DNA of 63,760 bases, filler included, from Octopus bimaculoides (Eukaryota): NCBI RefSeq assembly GCF_001194135.2. It is 8 parts of 7 records of this genome, joined end to end, with 100 filler letters (N's around TTAATTAATTAA, not from the genome) between each part and the next. Parts side by side here need not be neighbours in the genome. Positions count along the whole stretch, not along the records: positions 25,615 to 42,541 come from NC_068985.1; positions 42,642 to 46,520 come from NC_069001.1; positions 46,621 to 50,685 come from NC_068989.1; positions 50,786 to 56,785 come from NC_069003.1; 4 more parts are not named here. One strand, 5' to 3'. Positions 37,944-50,922 of this stretch are shown in pieces. The notes beneath the pieces were generated by a model that worked only from the letters and a program-made list of their open reading frames with translations, did not search any database and was not told where the DNA came from. A program made the translations under genes and the position numbers. Position 1 is the first letter of the stretch. Each line of letters starts with the position of its first letter.

Positions 37944-39899
37944 TAAATATGTAGTGACCTTATTCAGATATCGTTTTTGTCTTACCATTGTCATGTGAAA
38001 TATTTTAGCTCATCAGAGACTAATAGTCTATCAAGCATTTTTTTTTTTTTTGGCTATTTAAAGAGAACATATATTTTCTCACTTGCTGAACCATAACCAG
38101 TAGCTATGTTTGAGTGTTTCTTTTCGCTTTTTCTTACTTGTAGTTATTGTCTGCTTGATATTGCCTCCTAGAATAATTCTTAAGTGTTTAAAAGAACTAT
38201 TCTTTTATTTGCTACTGCTTGACTTTATCAATGTGAACACATATTTCCAAAAACGACATATTTCAACATTTTCTGCTTTCTACAATACATCATTCAATTG
38301 ACTTTGTAAAACACAAAGATATTTGGTACATTCTTATAATCTCATTTATGTAAACATGTCTTGATTGATCTGGGATATTAAACTTTCTTATTCTATCCAG
38401 AATTCTGTATTATTTTCAGCCTCTACTTAGATGCTACGTGCTGCATAATTATCATTGAAATATTCTACCAATAAAATCTGCAAAAGTGTATTTTTATTAT
38501 ACTATAATAAATAAAGCTGCTTGTTAATTAGCTGTTTGTAACTTTTACTAAAAGGTAGCAATTATTAAAGAATACTCTGTCTAGAAAATTCTTATAAATC
38601 CCAATTTCAATATATTTTTTACCAAAATGTGATTTTAAAATTTTCTTGTATTACTGAAGATTTCAATTGCATGCTTCAATCAGCAAATTCATTTTTATTC
38701 AGTGACATACGTTTTTTAATGTCTTACATTTGCCTCACTATTTTTCAACTGTTTCCTTACAATACAATCTCTTTCCATCTCTTCTTTGTTTACTGTCTTT
38801 ATTCCTATAGTCTATTTTAAAATCCTTATAACTTTTCTCTCTCACTGTTATCCTCATCTTTTTTCTTTTCAAAGTCTTGTTCTTTTCAGTCTTTGTCTCT
38901 TCTCTCTCACTCACACACTTTGTATCCTTTAATACTTCTTGTCTTTCTTCTGCATGTTCTGTTACTCTCACTTTCTTTCCTTGCAATGCTGGTCTTTCTC
39001 ATTTGCTTTTTCTGGCTCTCTCCCCCTTTTACTTTCTACTGTTCTTTTCCATTGTTTTCATTAAAAATAAGTTTACAAAGTTTTTCTTTGAGATACTTTC
39101 AGAATATTTGTGAAAATGTTTACACTGTATCTATCATATCAAAATTACTGAGAAATTCTTTATTACAAATTTCACATATCTTTGCAGTTATGCACATTAG
39201 AGTAGTTTTGTTGAAGCAAACATAACATGTGGTAGTAAAAACCACCTGGAAGATAACGCTTCTGCTTGTGTAAAAAATAAAAGAAGGAAAAATGTATGTA
39301 ATTCATGTGGAAATTTTTTTTTCACAATTCTTCAAGTTTTCTGCTCAAGGATGTTAGTAATTGCCTTCAATTTGGATGGGACTATGTGACATTGCACAAG
39401 ATTATATGAGACTTTAAAATTAATAGATACATAAATCAGAGGAGGCAAATTATTGATGGACTTCTTTTATTGTTATTTCCCTTGCATTGTCCTTTTTATT
39501 TTTAGCAAGAATTTGCGTTCAACACATGAATTGCATTATACAATAACAATCACATGTTCTCATATATATATATTAATACAAATAAATGTACACTAATGTA
39601 TACAACATGTGACACATATTGGATGTACATATATGTATATCTTACCATCTATGATGTTTCTTCAAAGTTTTGAAAGTAAATTAGTTCATGAAATTGTAAG
39701 ATTCTAAAATATATTTTTCAAATTGTATTATGTCTTATATATGTGTTATGTATACGTTATACATATCTGTGCAGTTTAGAATACCAACATCAGTTCCTGG
39801 GAGGATGTGTCTGCTATGCATATTGATCAATAATGGCTTTATATCTTATTTATCCTGGTCAGCTAGGTGGTAAAATGCATCAAGGGCCATGTTTGAAAT

Positions 39900-40470
39900 G
39901 TTGTAGTTTAAATTATTGATTAGGCATGCAAGGTGTGAAGGTTTCTTTCCTAATGTTCAAAAAGTTTGCTGTTGGAGATATGATGCATAATTTCCATGAT
40001 ACACAGGTTGCATCTGCTACCTTGCCCCTTATATTTTCTCCAGTTTATTTGGGAGATGTCCAAGATCCTTCTTTGAGGTTCCATACTATATTAGACAAAG
40101 ACATTGTACGCCTTTTATTCTTATCTCTAAACAAAGTCAAGTGCTGCGTGTATCTTTCCTTGTAAGTTCTTATGGTCCCTTCCATGTCAGTCATGTTAGC
40201 CTTGTAAACTAATTCTTTTTCGTGGCACATATTATTCAAAGGAGTTATTGGGAATCTACAATTACATGATCAATGAGAGGTATTCCTAATGCTATTATTC
40301 TTATTGATTGAAGGTCATTGAGTCTGTGTTGACTAGGAGGGGGGGGGCAATTATAACTTTAACCTTGTTTCTATTAAAGGTCTGTTGATATTTATATATC
40401 AGAAATCATCTAGCTATATTTGTAGCCATATTCATGCTGTATGGAGGATTATACCACAAAACGTTCCTAC
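39900..40470 (-). mobile_element. Penelope-like element relic (GIY-YIG endonuclease region)
   Basis: RNVLWYNPPYSMNMATNIAR and TFNRNKVK, then CHEKELVYKA...EGTIRTYKERYTQH...LSNIVWNLKE. Confidence 0.85.
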
Positions 40471-40581
40471 ATCTGTCTCTCTCATCCATACATACATACA
40501 TTCATACATGCATACATACATACATTCATACATGCACACACATATATACATGTGTGCATGTGCACACACATATTTATATAT

Positions 40582-41660
40582 ATTATGTAGGAAAGTCAGT
40601 TCTGTTGCACTTTTAACATGATCTCCTTGATGGTATGTTTTCTGTACTTACAGTAAAATAAGTATAAATTTTTTCTTTCCAAATTACTTTGTACTATAGT
40701 GGTTAAATTTGACCACTTTTGCTCAGGAAATATTTCTCTCACAGTTTCTTCTCACTCTGAAAGACTAAGTTATATCAAAATATTGAGCTCCTGAAAACCA
40801 TAGTTGGGGTAAAATCCAAAGTAAACTGCACAAGAATTATCAAAGCAGTTTAATTCAAGTCACACTTCAATCATTTTTATAACTGGAAGAAGTGTCTAAA
40901 CATGGTCAATGGGTCATTCATCATCTGACTACTTTTCAGCTTAATCAAAATGATGCCTTCTGCTTGTCTTGAGTAGTCTTGCTATCAAAACTATGCTGGA
41001 TAGAATCATCACAAATGATGAAAAGTGGGTTGTCTATAATTATATCCAATGGAAAGGGCAATAATTAGCACCCAATGAAAAGGGGGAATCCATCCTGAAA
41101 CCAGGGCTACACCACAAAAAACTTATAGTCTGTGATTGGTGGGATGCGAAGAGGGTTGCCTGTTATGATGTATTAAACCAAAACAAAGTTAATTTGGAAA
41201 AGTATTGTTTTCAGTTGGTGGTATTGCACAAAAAATTGCAGAGAAAAGCACCCTCATTGGTCAAGCATAAGAGGGTGTTGCTTTTACATGATAATGCAAG
41301 ACCACATGTTGCTCAAGTAACTCAAGAAAAGATTATGACTCTAAACATGGAAGTTTTACCTCACACTACTTACCCTCTTCATCTTTCACCAGCTGACCAT
41401 CATATTTTTTTCAGATCATTGCAACTTTATTTAGAGGGAAAACATTTTATTAATTTTGAAGAGGTTAAAGATGATATTGAGAGTTTCTATGCTTTGAAAT
41501 CTAAAGAATTTTATGCCTGAAGGAATCAACAATTTGACAAACAGATGGGATAGAAGTCATCAGTAATGAAGGGAAATATTATCTTGACTAATTATATCAG
41601 TTAAGACTAAAGAAGCCTTTGTTTTCCATCATGAAATGCAACAAATTTTTTTTCTATTTA
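40582..41660 (+). mobile_element. Mariner transposase relic (near full length)
   Basis: IITNDEKWVVY, LIVCDWWDAK, VLLLHDNARPH, LPHTTYPLHLSPADHHIFFRSLQ. Confidence 0.92.
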
Positions 41661-42109
41661 TATATTCACACATACAAATATATGTGTAAAATAGACATCC
41701 ATGCATCATATTTAATGCATATACACTGTTGACAGTTAGTTACTGCAGTTTTTTGTATCAGATAAAATCTCTTATGTGTGTACTGTGTTTAAAAATACTA
41801 TGGAGACATAAAATTGACCCAGCAGTTGCTAGTGAGAATGCTCTGTGGTTGGTTGTGAGTACATGTCATTAACAAGGTCCAGAATGGCTGAAATGTATCT
41901 GGTGACCTTGCCAGCTGCTGCTGGGACAATTTTTGTCTCCCTCTGATATGCATTGGGTTTTTAACACAGCAAGTTCATAAGTGAGTTTGCATTGGACAAA
42001 GACTGCAGTAACTTGCTTGTCAATGGTGTATATACATCAAGTATGATACATGGATGGTGGTTTTAATTTTATACTGCTTCAATTATGTTCACCAGATTAT
42101 TTACTGTAT

Positions 42110-42490
42110 ATCTTTTATCCTTTACTTGTTTCAGTCATTTGACCGAAGCCAAACTGGGGCACCACCTTGAAAGGTTTTAGTCAAACAAATTGACCCCAGA
42201 AATTTTTTTTTTTAGGCCTGGTACTTATTCTATTGGTTCTCTCTTGCTGAACTTTTAAGTTATGGGGACGTAAACACACCACACTGATTGTGAAGAGGTG
42301 GTAGGGGACAAACACACATATTATATATACAATGGGCTTCTTTCAGTTTCTATCTACCAAATCCACTCAAGGCTTTGTTCAGCCTGAGGCTATAGTAGAA
42401 GACACTTGCCCAAGGACCAAGGAGTCACACAGTGGGACTGAACCCAGAACCATGTGGCTGGGAAGCAAGCTTCTTACCACACGGCCACAG
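42110..42490 (-). mobile_element. Full-length SINE family C
   Basis: Reverse complement parallels 50328-50685, from the GTGGCCGTGTGGTAAGAAGCTTGCTTCCCAGCC head to the GACTGAAACAAGTAAAG tail. Confidence 0.9.
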
Positions 42491-42504
42491 TTATAAATCA
42501 TATA

Positions 42505-42541
<37 letters not shown>

Positions 42542-42641
42542 NNNNNNNNNNNNNNNNNNNNNNNNNNNNNNNNNNNNNNNNNNNNTTAATTAATTAANNN
42601 NNNNNNNNNNNNNNNNNNNNNNNNNNNNNNNNNNNNNNNNN

Positions 42642-42675
<34 letters not shown>

Positions 42676-42691
42676 TTTAAATAAATTTATG

Positions 42692-42730
<39 letters not shown>

Positions 42731-43031
42731 ATATACGTATATATGTATATTCATATATAAACATATATATATATAGGTGTATATATATATGTATTGTACA
42801 TATATATATTTATACTTAAGTGTATATATATGTGTCTGTGTGCGAGTGTCTCTGTGTGTGAGTGTGTGTGGGTGTAAGTGTGTGTGGGTGTAAGTGTGTG
42901 TTGGTTATTGTGTGTATATTTATGAGTGCGTGTGTGTTTGTGTGTGTGCATCTTCCAATTTTGCCTTCTCCCTCTTTTTTTTCTTCCGTTTCTTCCTGGC
43001 GAAGATCTTCTAAGCCAGAGATCAAATTTAC

Positions 43032-43125
43032 CTTTTGTGAGACAATATGGCGGCAAGAAGACACGGTTACGATACGAGAGTGAATGACAAATGTTTCAAA
43101 GTTATGCCCCCCTACAGCACGTGCG
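43032..43125 (-). promoter_or_regulatory. Candidate promoter and non-coding first exon (donor at 43032/43031)
   Basis: CpG-rich island; YY1-type GCCGCCATATT; CACGTG at 43118-43123; AAG|GTAAAT donor followed by a purine-rich intron start; no ATG in the exon. The 5' boundary is approximate. Confidence 0.5.
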
Positions 43126-43650
43126 GACCGAAGCAAATGCAGCGGAAAGCATGGGCGGATAGAACAATATCTATACACACGCATACATACATACATACAC
43201 ATATACACACACACACACACATATATATATATNNNNNNNNNNNNNNNNNNNNNNNNNNNNNNNNNNNNNNNNNNNNNNNNNNNNNNNNNNNNNNNNNNNN
43301 NNNNNNNNNNNNNNNNNNNNNNNNNNNNNNNNNNNNNNNNNNNNNNNNNNNNNNNNNNNNNNNNNNNNNNNNNNNNNNNNNNNNNNNNNNNNNNNNNNNN
43401 NNNNNNNNNNNNNNNNNNNNNNNNNNNNNNNNNNNNNNNNNNNNNNNNNNNNNNNNNNNNNNNNNNNNNNNNNNNNNNNNNNNNNNNNNNNNNNNNNNNN
43501 NNNNNNNNNNNNNNNNNNNNNNNNNNNNNNNNNNNNNNNNNNNNNNNNNNNNNNNNNNNNNNNNNNNNNNNNNNNNNNNNNNNNNNNNNNNNNNNNNNNN
43601 NNNNNNNNNNNNNNNNNNNNNNNNNNNNNNNNNNNNNNNNNNNNNNNNNN

Positions 43651-43690
<40 letters not shown>

Positions 43691-43782
43691 CTGTATTCTG
43701 TATTTATAAGGATATACAAAAATTATGTACAAATATACATATATGTATGCATATACATACATGTATATGCATATAAATATAC

Positions 43783-43899
<117 letters not shown>

Positions 43900-44534
43900 T
43901 GTGTGTTTGTATGTATGTGCATTTCTATGTATATATGTATATATGTATGTGTGTGTGAGTGTATCTGAGCATATAATGTGTGTGTGTTTATATATATATA
44001 CATATGTATGTATGCTTGTATGTATATACATATATGTGTAGTTATATGTATATATGTATATATGTCTACGTATGTATGTGTATGTATGTATCTATATATC
44101 TGAGCATATATATATATATATGTGTATATATATATATATAAGTGCGTGTGTATGTATATACATATGCGCAGTTGTATCTTCTATGCCTACATACACAAAT
44201 ACGTACATGTGTGTATGTGTGTGAATATGTGTATATGTGTGTGTGTGTGTGAAAAGAAACTTGATTGTATTTCAATATGTGCACTGTGCGTTGATGCGTG
44301 TATGTATGCGAGTGTTTGTGTGCGCGTGCATGTGTGTATTTAGTGTGCATGAGGTATTCTTGCATGCGCTCAGACATGCAACCAAGCACGCTGTTATACA
44401 TGCAAGCATCTACTGTAGCGGTGTCATCATCGCCGTCATCAACCACATAATTCCATCATAATCTTCATCAACATCAACATCATCATCATCATCATCATCA
44501 TCAAACATCATCATCATCATCATCAGCGTCATTA

Positions 44535-44790
44535 TCATCTGCAGTAATTTGGGGAGCTGTATTTTTTGTGATTCTTTCTAACAATTCGCGTAAGTGTCCG
44601 ACGGTCCTTATATGAAAGTCTTGGTTTTCTTTCAGTGAGGAAGTTTTTTTCCCTCTTTTTCGAATGCTGTCGTTACTTTCGAGAAAGTATTTCTTGATGC
44701 ACCAAATATTTCGGCTGTTTCCGTTACGCTAGCACCTGCTATAAATGCACCAACAATTTGACCTCTTAGACATTCCGATAGATCTATCAT
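44535..44790 (-). mobile_element. Tc1-like transposase N-terminal (paired/HTH) fragment
   Basis: MIDLSECLRGQIVGAFIAGASVTETAEIFGASRNTFSKVTTAFEKEGK...KPRLSYKDRRTLTRIVRKNHKNTAPQITA, truncated at a (CAT)n tract. Confidence 0.9.
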
Positions 44791-46385
44791 TTTAATGAAT
44801 TTTAATTACTTTTATCTGATGATATCCGAAACGAAACAGCAATTTTAGCAAATCTTATTGAGCAACACTAATAATAAATCAAAATACATAAAAATAAACG
44901 GGCTTTTGATGGTTTTATAGATATTTCAAAATGATGATGCTAGGTGTTTCCATTATTTTGTCCAACTTTTGTAAATATACATATATATANNNNNNNNNNN
45001 NNNNNNNNNNNNNNNNNNNNNNNNNNNNNNNNNNNNNNNNNNNNNNNNNNNNNNNNNNNNNNNNNNNNNNNNNNNNNNNNNNNNNNNNNNNNNNNNNNNN
45101 NNNNNNNNNNNNNNNNNNNNNNNNNNNNNNNNNNNNNNNNNNNNNNNNNNNNNNNNNNNNNNNNNNNNNNNNNNNNNNNNNNNNNNNNNNNNNNNNNNNN
45201 NNNNNNNNNNNNNNNNNNNNNNNNNNNNNNNNNNNNNNNNNNNNNNNNNNNNNNNNNNNNNNNNNNNNNNNNNNNNNNNNNNNNNNNNNNNNNNNNNNNN
45301 NNNNNNNNNNNNNNNNNNNNNNNNNNNNNNNNNNNNNNNNNNNNNNNNNNNNNNNNNNNNNNNNNNNNNNNNNNNNNNNNNNNNNNNNNNNNNNNNNNNN
45401 NNNNNNNNNNNNNNNNNNNNNNNNNNNNNNNNNNNNNNNNNNNNNNNNNNNNNNNNNNNNNNNNNNNNNNNNNNNNNNNNNNNNNNNNNNNNNNNNNNNN
45501 NNNNNNNNNNNNNNNNNNNNNNNNNNNNNNNNNNNNNNNNNNNNNNNNNNNNNNNNNNNNNNNNNNNNNNNNNNNNNNNNNNNNNNNNNNNNNNNNNNNN
45601 NNNNNNNNNNNNNNNNNNNNNNNNNNNNNNNNNNNNNNNNNNNNNNNNNNNNNNNNNTATATATATATATATGAGACAAAATGTAAATATTTGTATGTAT
45701 TTGTGTATTTGCAGTCTTGTGTGTAAACTATTCGTTGTATACTTGTGTACGTTTGTGTGTGTGCGCGTATGTGTCTGTGTGTGCATGTGTGTGTATGTGA
45801 GTGTGTGTAACAAAAAAACGTTCCGTTTCTATATTACACTTTCCTATCCTGTGTCGTAAACATTAAATTCTAACATCATTTTGCTGGCGGCCATTACACC
45901 GTAGAAAAAAAAAAATTATCCGGAAAAAATATTTACAAAAATATATTTTAGTATACAGTTAATTAATTAAGGTAACATTTACTGGTGATTTTTCCTTCAT
46001 ATTTAGAGTTTATGTTGATATTTTTAGTTTTAATTACTCTACCTCAATATTTTGGTAATTATTCGGAATTAATTACTATTTTTAATTTCGAAAAATTTTA
46101 TGTAGATTGAAACATTTATTTAGAGAATATGCAGCAGGTTCTGTTCAAGAATATTTTCCAAGATGATTTTATAATAAATGGTCTTTTAGTTTTATTTATA
46201 TATATATTTCTTTGTTTGTGTTGCTGTATTGTAGTTTGTTTTGTTGTTTTAGTTCTCCAATATACATGAATTTTTACAAATTTATTTTTGTTAATTACGT
46301 GACAAGTTAAAGGTTACACATTTAAATTATATCTAAAAATTTTCAAAATAATTTTGCAATAATTTGGAAATATTCTTGCCAAGTC

Positions 46386-46463
<78 letters not shown>

Positions 46464-46620
46464 GTAAGTAGACATATACTGACGTTCAGTCTTAAATATT
46501 TAGATGTATATATATATATANNNNNNNNNNNNNNNNNNNNNNNNNNNNNNNNNNNNNNNNNNNNTTAATTAATTAANNNNNNNNNNNNNNNNNNNNNNNN
46601 NNNNNNNNNNNNNNNNNNNN

Positions 46621-46960
<340 letters not shown>

Positions 46961-47115
46961 TTAGATAGATAGATAGATAGATAGATAGATACACATACGT
47001 ACATACATGCATAAGTTCATACAAATATACATATATGTGTACATAGGTATACATACACACGTACATATATATGTACATATATTACATATATACATATTTA
47101 TATATGTACGTATAC

Positions 47116-47185
<70 letters not shown>

Positions 47186-47749
47186 NNNNNNNNNNNNNNN
47201 NNNNNNNNNNNNNNNNNNNNNNNNNNNNNNNNNNNNNNNNNNNNNNNNNNNNNNNNNNNNNNNNNNNNNNNNNNNNNNNNNNNNNNNNNNNNNNNNNNNN
47301 NNNNNNNNNNNNNNNNNNNNNNNNNNNNNNNNNNNNNNNNNNNNNNNNNNNNNNNNNNNNNNNNNNNNNNNNNNNNNNNNNNNNNNNNNNNNNNNNNNNN
47401 NNNNNNNNNNNNNNNNNNNNNNNNNNNNNNNNNNNNNNNNNNNNNNNNNNNNNNNNNNNNNNNNNNNNNNNNNNNNNNNNNNNNNNNNNNNNNNNNNNNN
47501 NNNNNNNNNNNNNNNNNNNNNNNNNNNNNNNNNNNNNNNNNNNNNNNNNNNNNNNNNNNNNNNNNNNNNNNNNNNNNNNNNNNNNNNNNNNNNNNNNNNN
47601 NNNNNNNNNNNNNNNNNNNNNNNNNNNNNNNNNNNNNNNNNNNNNNNNNNNNNNNNNNNNNNNNNNNNNNNNNNNNNNNNNNNNNNNNNNNNNNNNNNNN
47701 NNNNNNNNNNNNNNNNNNNNNNNNNNNNNNNNNNNNNTATATATATATA

Positions 47750-47935
47750 TATATATGTATTTGTGTGTCTGTATTTGTCCCCCCACCATCGCTTGACAAC
47801 CGATGTGTGTGTGCTTACGTCCCCGTAACTTAGTGGTTCAGCCTAAGAGACCAATAGAATAAGTATTAGGCTTACAATTAATAAGTCTTCAGGTCGATTT
47901 TTTCGACTAAACGCCATGTTCCAGCATGGGAAGGC
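47750..47935 (+). mobile_element. SINE family C, 3' part
   Basis: CCCCCACCATCGCTTGACAACCGATG...TTACGTCCCCGTAACTTAGTGGTTC...GAATAAGTA. Confidence 0.8.
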
Positions 47936-48104
47936 AACCCGAACTGATAGGTATGCGTCCTGGGTGCTCTAATAGGTAATTCACCAAAATTCCATTTAGA
48001 ACAGCGGCTGGAGTTGTGCTTATGTGAAAGTGTTCGAAAAAAACTGGCATTGTGTGGCTTACCTTTGAGTCAGTAAGGCTTAAGTAGTGAGGGAGGCAGA
48101 TTCG

Positions 48105-48485
48105 GGACTATGGCATTTAAATTCGTTTAATTCAATCTAAAAATGGTAAAATAATACATAACTGGTAAAGATAGTAGAGATAGTCTCTGACAGCTGATTC
48201 TGGGATATCCCGGCCATTGGATCATCGTATCAATTGAAGATTTCCTAAACCGGGTATTCCGTCATCGGAAAAATACACGAGGAAATGTATGTTAGACAGT
48301 GGAAAGAAAGCTCCTTTTTAATGATATTCATTGCAGTTCACTATGGATCAGGAGGGTAGGAGTTCAGGAGGGTAGTTCAGGAGGGTAGGAGTTCAGGAGG
48401 GTAGGAGTTCAGGAGAGTAGGAGTTCAGAAGGGTAGGAGGGTAATTCAATCCATTTGAATTAAATGAATTTGAATGCCATAGTCC
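48105..48485. mobile_element. MITE-like element: 31-bp inverted repeats enclosing a 16-mer tandem array (48349-48443)
   Basis: GGACTATGGCATTTAAATTCGTTTAATTCAA versus rc GGACTATGGCATTCAAATTCATTTAATTCAA (2 mismatches); about 6 copies of CAGGAGGGTAGGAGTT. Confidence 0.75.
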
Positions 48486-49606
48486 AGCTTTGACTAATTG
48501 TTTACTTTCCTCTCTACTTTAACCGATCTATGTGCGTGCGAGCTTGCGTGTGTGTGTGCGTGTGTGTGTGTGTGAAATTCTCGTGCCAATTTTGATGTAG
48601 GGGGTGGAGTTTAACAGAGCTATCAGAGATATCCAGCCAACAGTTTACTGACAAGTCCAGTAATTGGACATAAGAAATTATTCTTATACAAACCAGTTGG
48701 CATCTTATTTTGACACTTTGTCTTTGTTTTCAGTTATTCAAGATGACCCAAACAGTCCAATTCACAGCTAATAGTGATTTTATAGCAAGTTAACACCCAT
48801 TCATTGCGATTCAATGCAATTTAAGCAAATATTTCTGCGTGGACTTTTGTCATCTTGAGCTTAGCTTTAACCTAATCCTTGTACCTAAGCTATGGTCTTC
48901 CTATGCTTCTCCTTCCATCATAGAGCTGGCTATATGTAAGGACTTTTGGAATTCTGTTCTTACTTATTCTGATGACATGACTAATCGATCTTAATTGGGA
49001 TTGGAAAAGAAAGGATTTACTGCCACCAATTTTGGATTTGGAGAATAGTTTGGTATTCGAAATTCTGTCATTCGGTGTGTATTCACAAACGTGAATGCTA
49101 CACTCTGCGCATGTAGAAAATATAGTTTATGAGGCGTGTGAGTGTGTACGAGTGAGAAACTGAGAGACAGTGGCGGCCATACTTACATCCATGCAAACAA
49201 ACATCGTAGAAGCCAGCTCAATAATGAATATGATCATACATACGGACAGACAGACAGGAATATATACACAGTGTGCAGTTACAGTTGGCCGTTATGTTGA
49301 CAGACAGACAGACAAACGGACAAACAGAAAAAGACAGACATTTTAATCAATAGAAGGAGAAAATATTGAAAATGTGCAAGAGACTTTAGCCGAAGGCATT
49401 CTTTATTTCGCAATATTAATCTGTCATCTTTGGAATTGGTTGGGAGAAGAGGGAAGAATAGTTGAGGTGGGGGGGGGGAAGTGGGGGTGTCTATTTATCG
49501 GTCTGGTGTTTGGTTTTTGTTTATATTTTGTTTGTTTTTGGTACCTTCCAATAATTTGGTCTGAGTCGTCGGGTATGGTAGGAGTGGTGTGGTGATAATA
49601 AGGGTG

Positions 49607-49656
<50 letters not shown>

Positions 49657-50327
49657 CAAGCAGACAGACAGAGACAGAGAGAAAGAGAGAGACATACAGA
49701 CAGACAGAGACAGAGAGAAAGAGAGAGAAAGAACTTTAATTTGGTGATATTCTAGTTTGTTTCCATGTTCTTTTTCTTGGTGATGATGATGGCGTGTTAG
49801 AAGGGACGAGAGTGGCGTGGGTGGTCGATGTGCCGCCTGTGTATTGGTTGTGTAATAGCGACTGGGTGGCTGGATATATGGATGGCTGGATGGCTGGGTA
49901 ACTGAGGGATAGGATGAAAGTAGGGGATGGTGGCGGCGGTGCGTCTTGAAGAAGGTAACTTACTTAAAATGAATGATGGCGGAATTTGCGGCTGAGTTTC
50001 GAACAGAATGTGGATGGGGCAAGAGAGGCACAATTACACGGGGATGCATGTTAGAAGAGTAATATTGGTGATGATGGTGGTGATGGTGATGCATGAAGAT
50101 ATTCTGTTGCACCTCCCCTCCTCATTCTTCACCCCATACTCACTCCTCCTCCTTATCATCTCTCCCATTATTATTTTCATCCTTAAACCCCGTCCCCAAA
50201 CCCTTTTTCTACACTTTGCCCCCTCCAGTTGATCAAAATGATGATTGATGGAGTATCTCGTCCCGTTTTTCAAACATTGGGGTTCATTATTTAACTGTCG
50301 ATGATGTTATGGTTATTATATTCATAA

Positions 50328-50685
50328 AGGAGCAGGCATGGCGGCTGTGTAGTGAGAAGCTTGCTTCGCAACCACGGGGTTCCGGGTTCAGTTCTGCTGC
50401 GTGGTACTTTGGGCATGTGTCTTTCACTATAGCTTCGGACAGACCAAACCCCTGGGGGTGGATTTGGTAGACAGAAACTGAAAGAAGCCAATCGTATATG
50501 TGTGTTGACAGCCAGTGTTGCTGTGTTTACGGTTCGCCAAAAATTTCCATAATATAGCGGTTCGGCAAAAGAGACCGATAGAATAAGTACCAGGCTTTAA
50601 AAAAAATAAGTCCTCGAGTTGATTTCTTCGACTGAAGGCGGTGGTCCAGTATGGCCGCAGTCAAATGACTGAAACAAATAAAAGA
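50328..50685 (+). mobile_element. Full-length SINE family C
   Basis: tRNA-like head with B-box CCGGGTTCAGTTC, body GGATTTGGTAGACAGAAACTGAAAGAAGCC, tail GGCCGCAGTCAAATGACTGAAACAAATAAAAG. Confidence 0.9.
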
Positions 50686-50799
50686 NNNNNNNNNNNNNNN
50701 NNNNNNNNNNNNNNNNNNNNNNNNNNNNNTTAATTAATTAANNNNNNNNNNNNNNNNNNNNNNNNNNNNNNNNNNNNNNNNNNNNTATATATATATATA

Positions 50800-50922
50800 T
50801 AAGGCTTTAGTCGGCCCAAGGCTATAGTAGAAGACATTTGCCCAAGGTGCCACGCAGTGGGACTGGACCCGGAACCATGTGGTTGGTAAGCAAGATACTT
50901 ACCACACATCCACTCCTCCGCC
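50800..50922 (-). mobile_element. SINE family C head
   Basis: Reverse complement GGAGTGGATGTGTGGTAAGTATCTTGCTTACCAACCACATGGTTCCGGGTCCAGTCCCACTGCGTGGCACCTTGGGCAA. Confidence 0.85.

Noticed and set aside
38738-38986. 82-aa K/E/R-rich ORF as a functional exon
   Set aside because: Bounded by stops without matching splice sites; purine-rich strand bias explains the composition. Kept only as part of a possible decayed element.
48349-48443. CRISPR-like array
   Set aside because: Head-to-tail tandem units with no unique spacers, in a eukaryotic context with no cas genes.
48734-48775. Strong plus-strand acceptor followed by IQDDPNSPIHS*
   Set aside because: Too short to identify and no linked upstream exon can be shown.
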